A stretch of DNA of 64,000 bases from Mobula hypostoma (lineage: Eukaryota), in assembly GCF_963921235.1 (NCBI RefSeq), contig NC_086108.1:6076001-6140000 (forward strand), given 5' to 3'. Position numbers and translations under genes: made by a program. Position 1 is the first letter of the stretch; each line of letters begins with the position of its first letter. The notes under the pieces are model-generated. The model was not told where the DNA came from. It saw only the letters and a list, made by a program, of their open reading frames with translations, and did not search any database. Positions 63,801 to 64,000 of this stretch are shown in pieces.

Positions 63801-64000
63801 TTATATTGAGATTGAAGTTTAACCCTTTGTTTAAATAAATCAACATTAGGAGAAACTGCATAAGTATTATCTAGATCTTTAATTAGTTTGGAAATTCTAT
63901 CTAATTCTATTTTTGTCTGTTTCTTAAATTTAGCCAAATAAGATATTATCTGACCTCGTAAATATGCTTTGAGTGTATCCCATATAATTAATTTCGAAAC
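60873..64000 (-). mobile_element. L1-clade LINE ORF2 remnant, running off the window end
   Basis: GKAPGLDGF, LLNVDAKILSKI, DQTGFIKGR, SLDAEKAFDRVEW, ISLYADDLLVY and the Cys-rich CDRCKTEIATLTHMFWSC; AT-rich. Confidence 0.92.

Overview
Vertebrate nuclear DNA that is mostly transposon-derived. The repeat content (CR1, Rex1/Babar, HE1-like V-SINEs, Penelope-like elements) points to a cartilaginous fish, probably a ray; this is an inference. Two genes converge tail-to-tail. (1) An intact ALKBH6 on + has a CpG/CCAAT-rich promoter near 500-1300 and six GT-AG coding exons from 4604 to 26844 (239 aa, HxD...H and RxSxTxR motifs intact). (2) The 3' half (exons 5-9, 56965 to 33685) of a CYP2-family cytochrome P450 lies on -. 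It carries four separate disabling lesions and is a pseudogene as assembled. Most ORFs in the supplied track are retroelement fragments or their antisense shadows. Highlights: palindromic Penelope-like insertions with long target-site duplications, one carrying a minimal hammerhead-ribozyme core in each arm; a Sleeping Beauty-like Tc1 element (about 89% aa identity to SB10 as recalled) built from two right ends; a helically phased CCAAT-box array; a uORF just before the ALKBH6 start; an LTR-like insert with non-canonical TC...GA termini; and a 99-nt fold-back hairpin. I did not find a demonstrably new biological system. Repeat boundaries are approximate unless a TSD or TIR is quoted.
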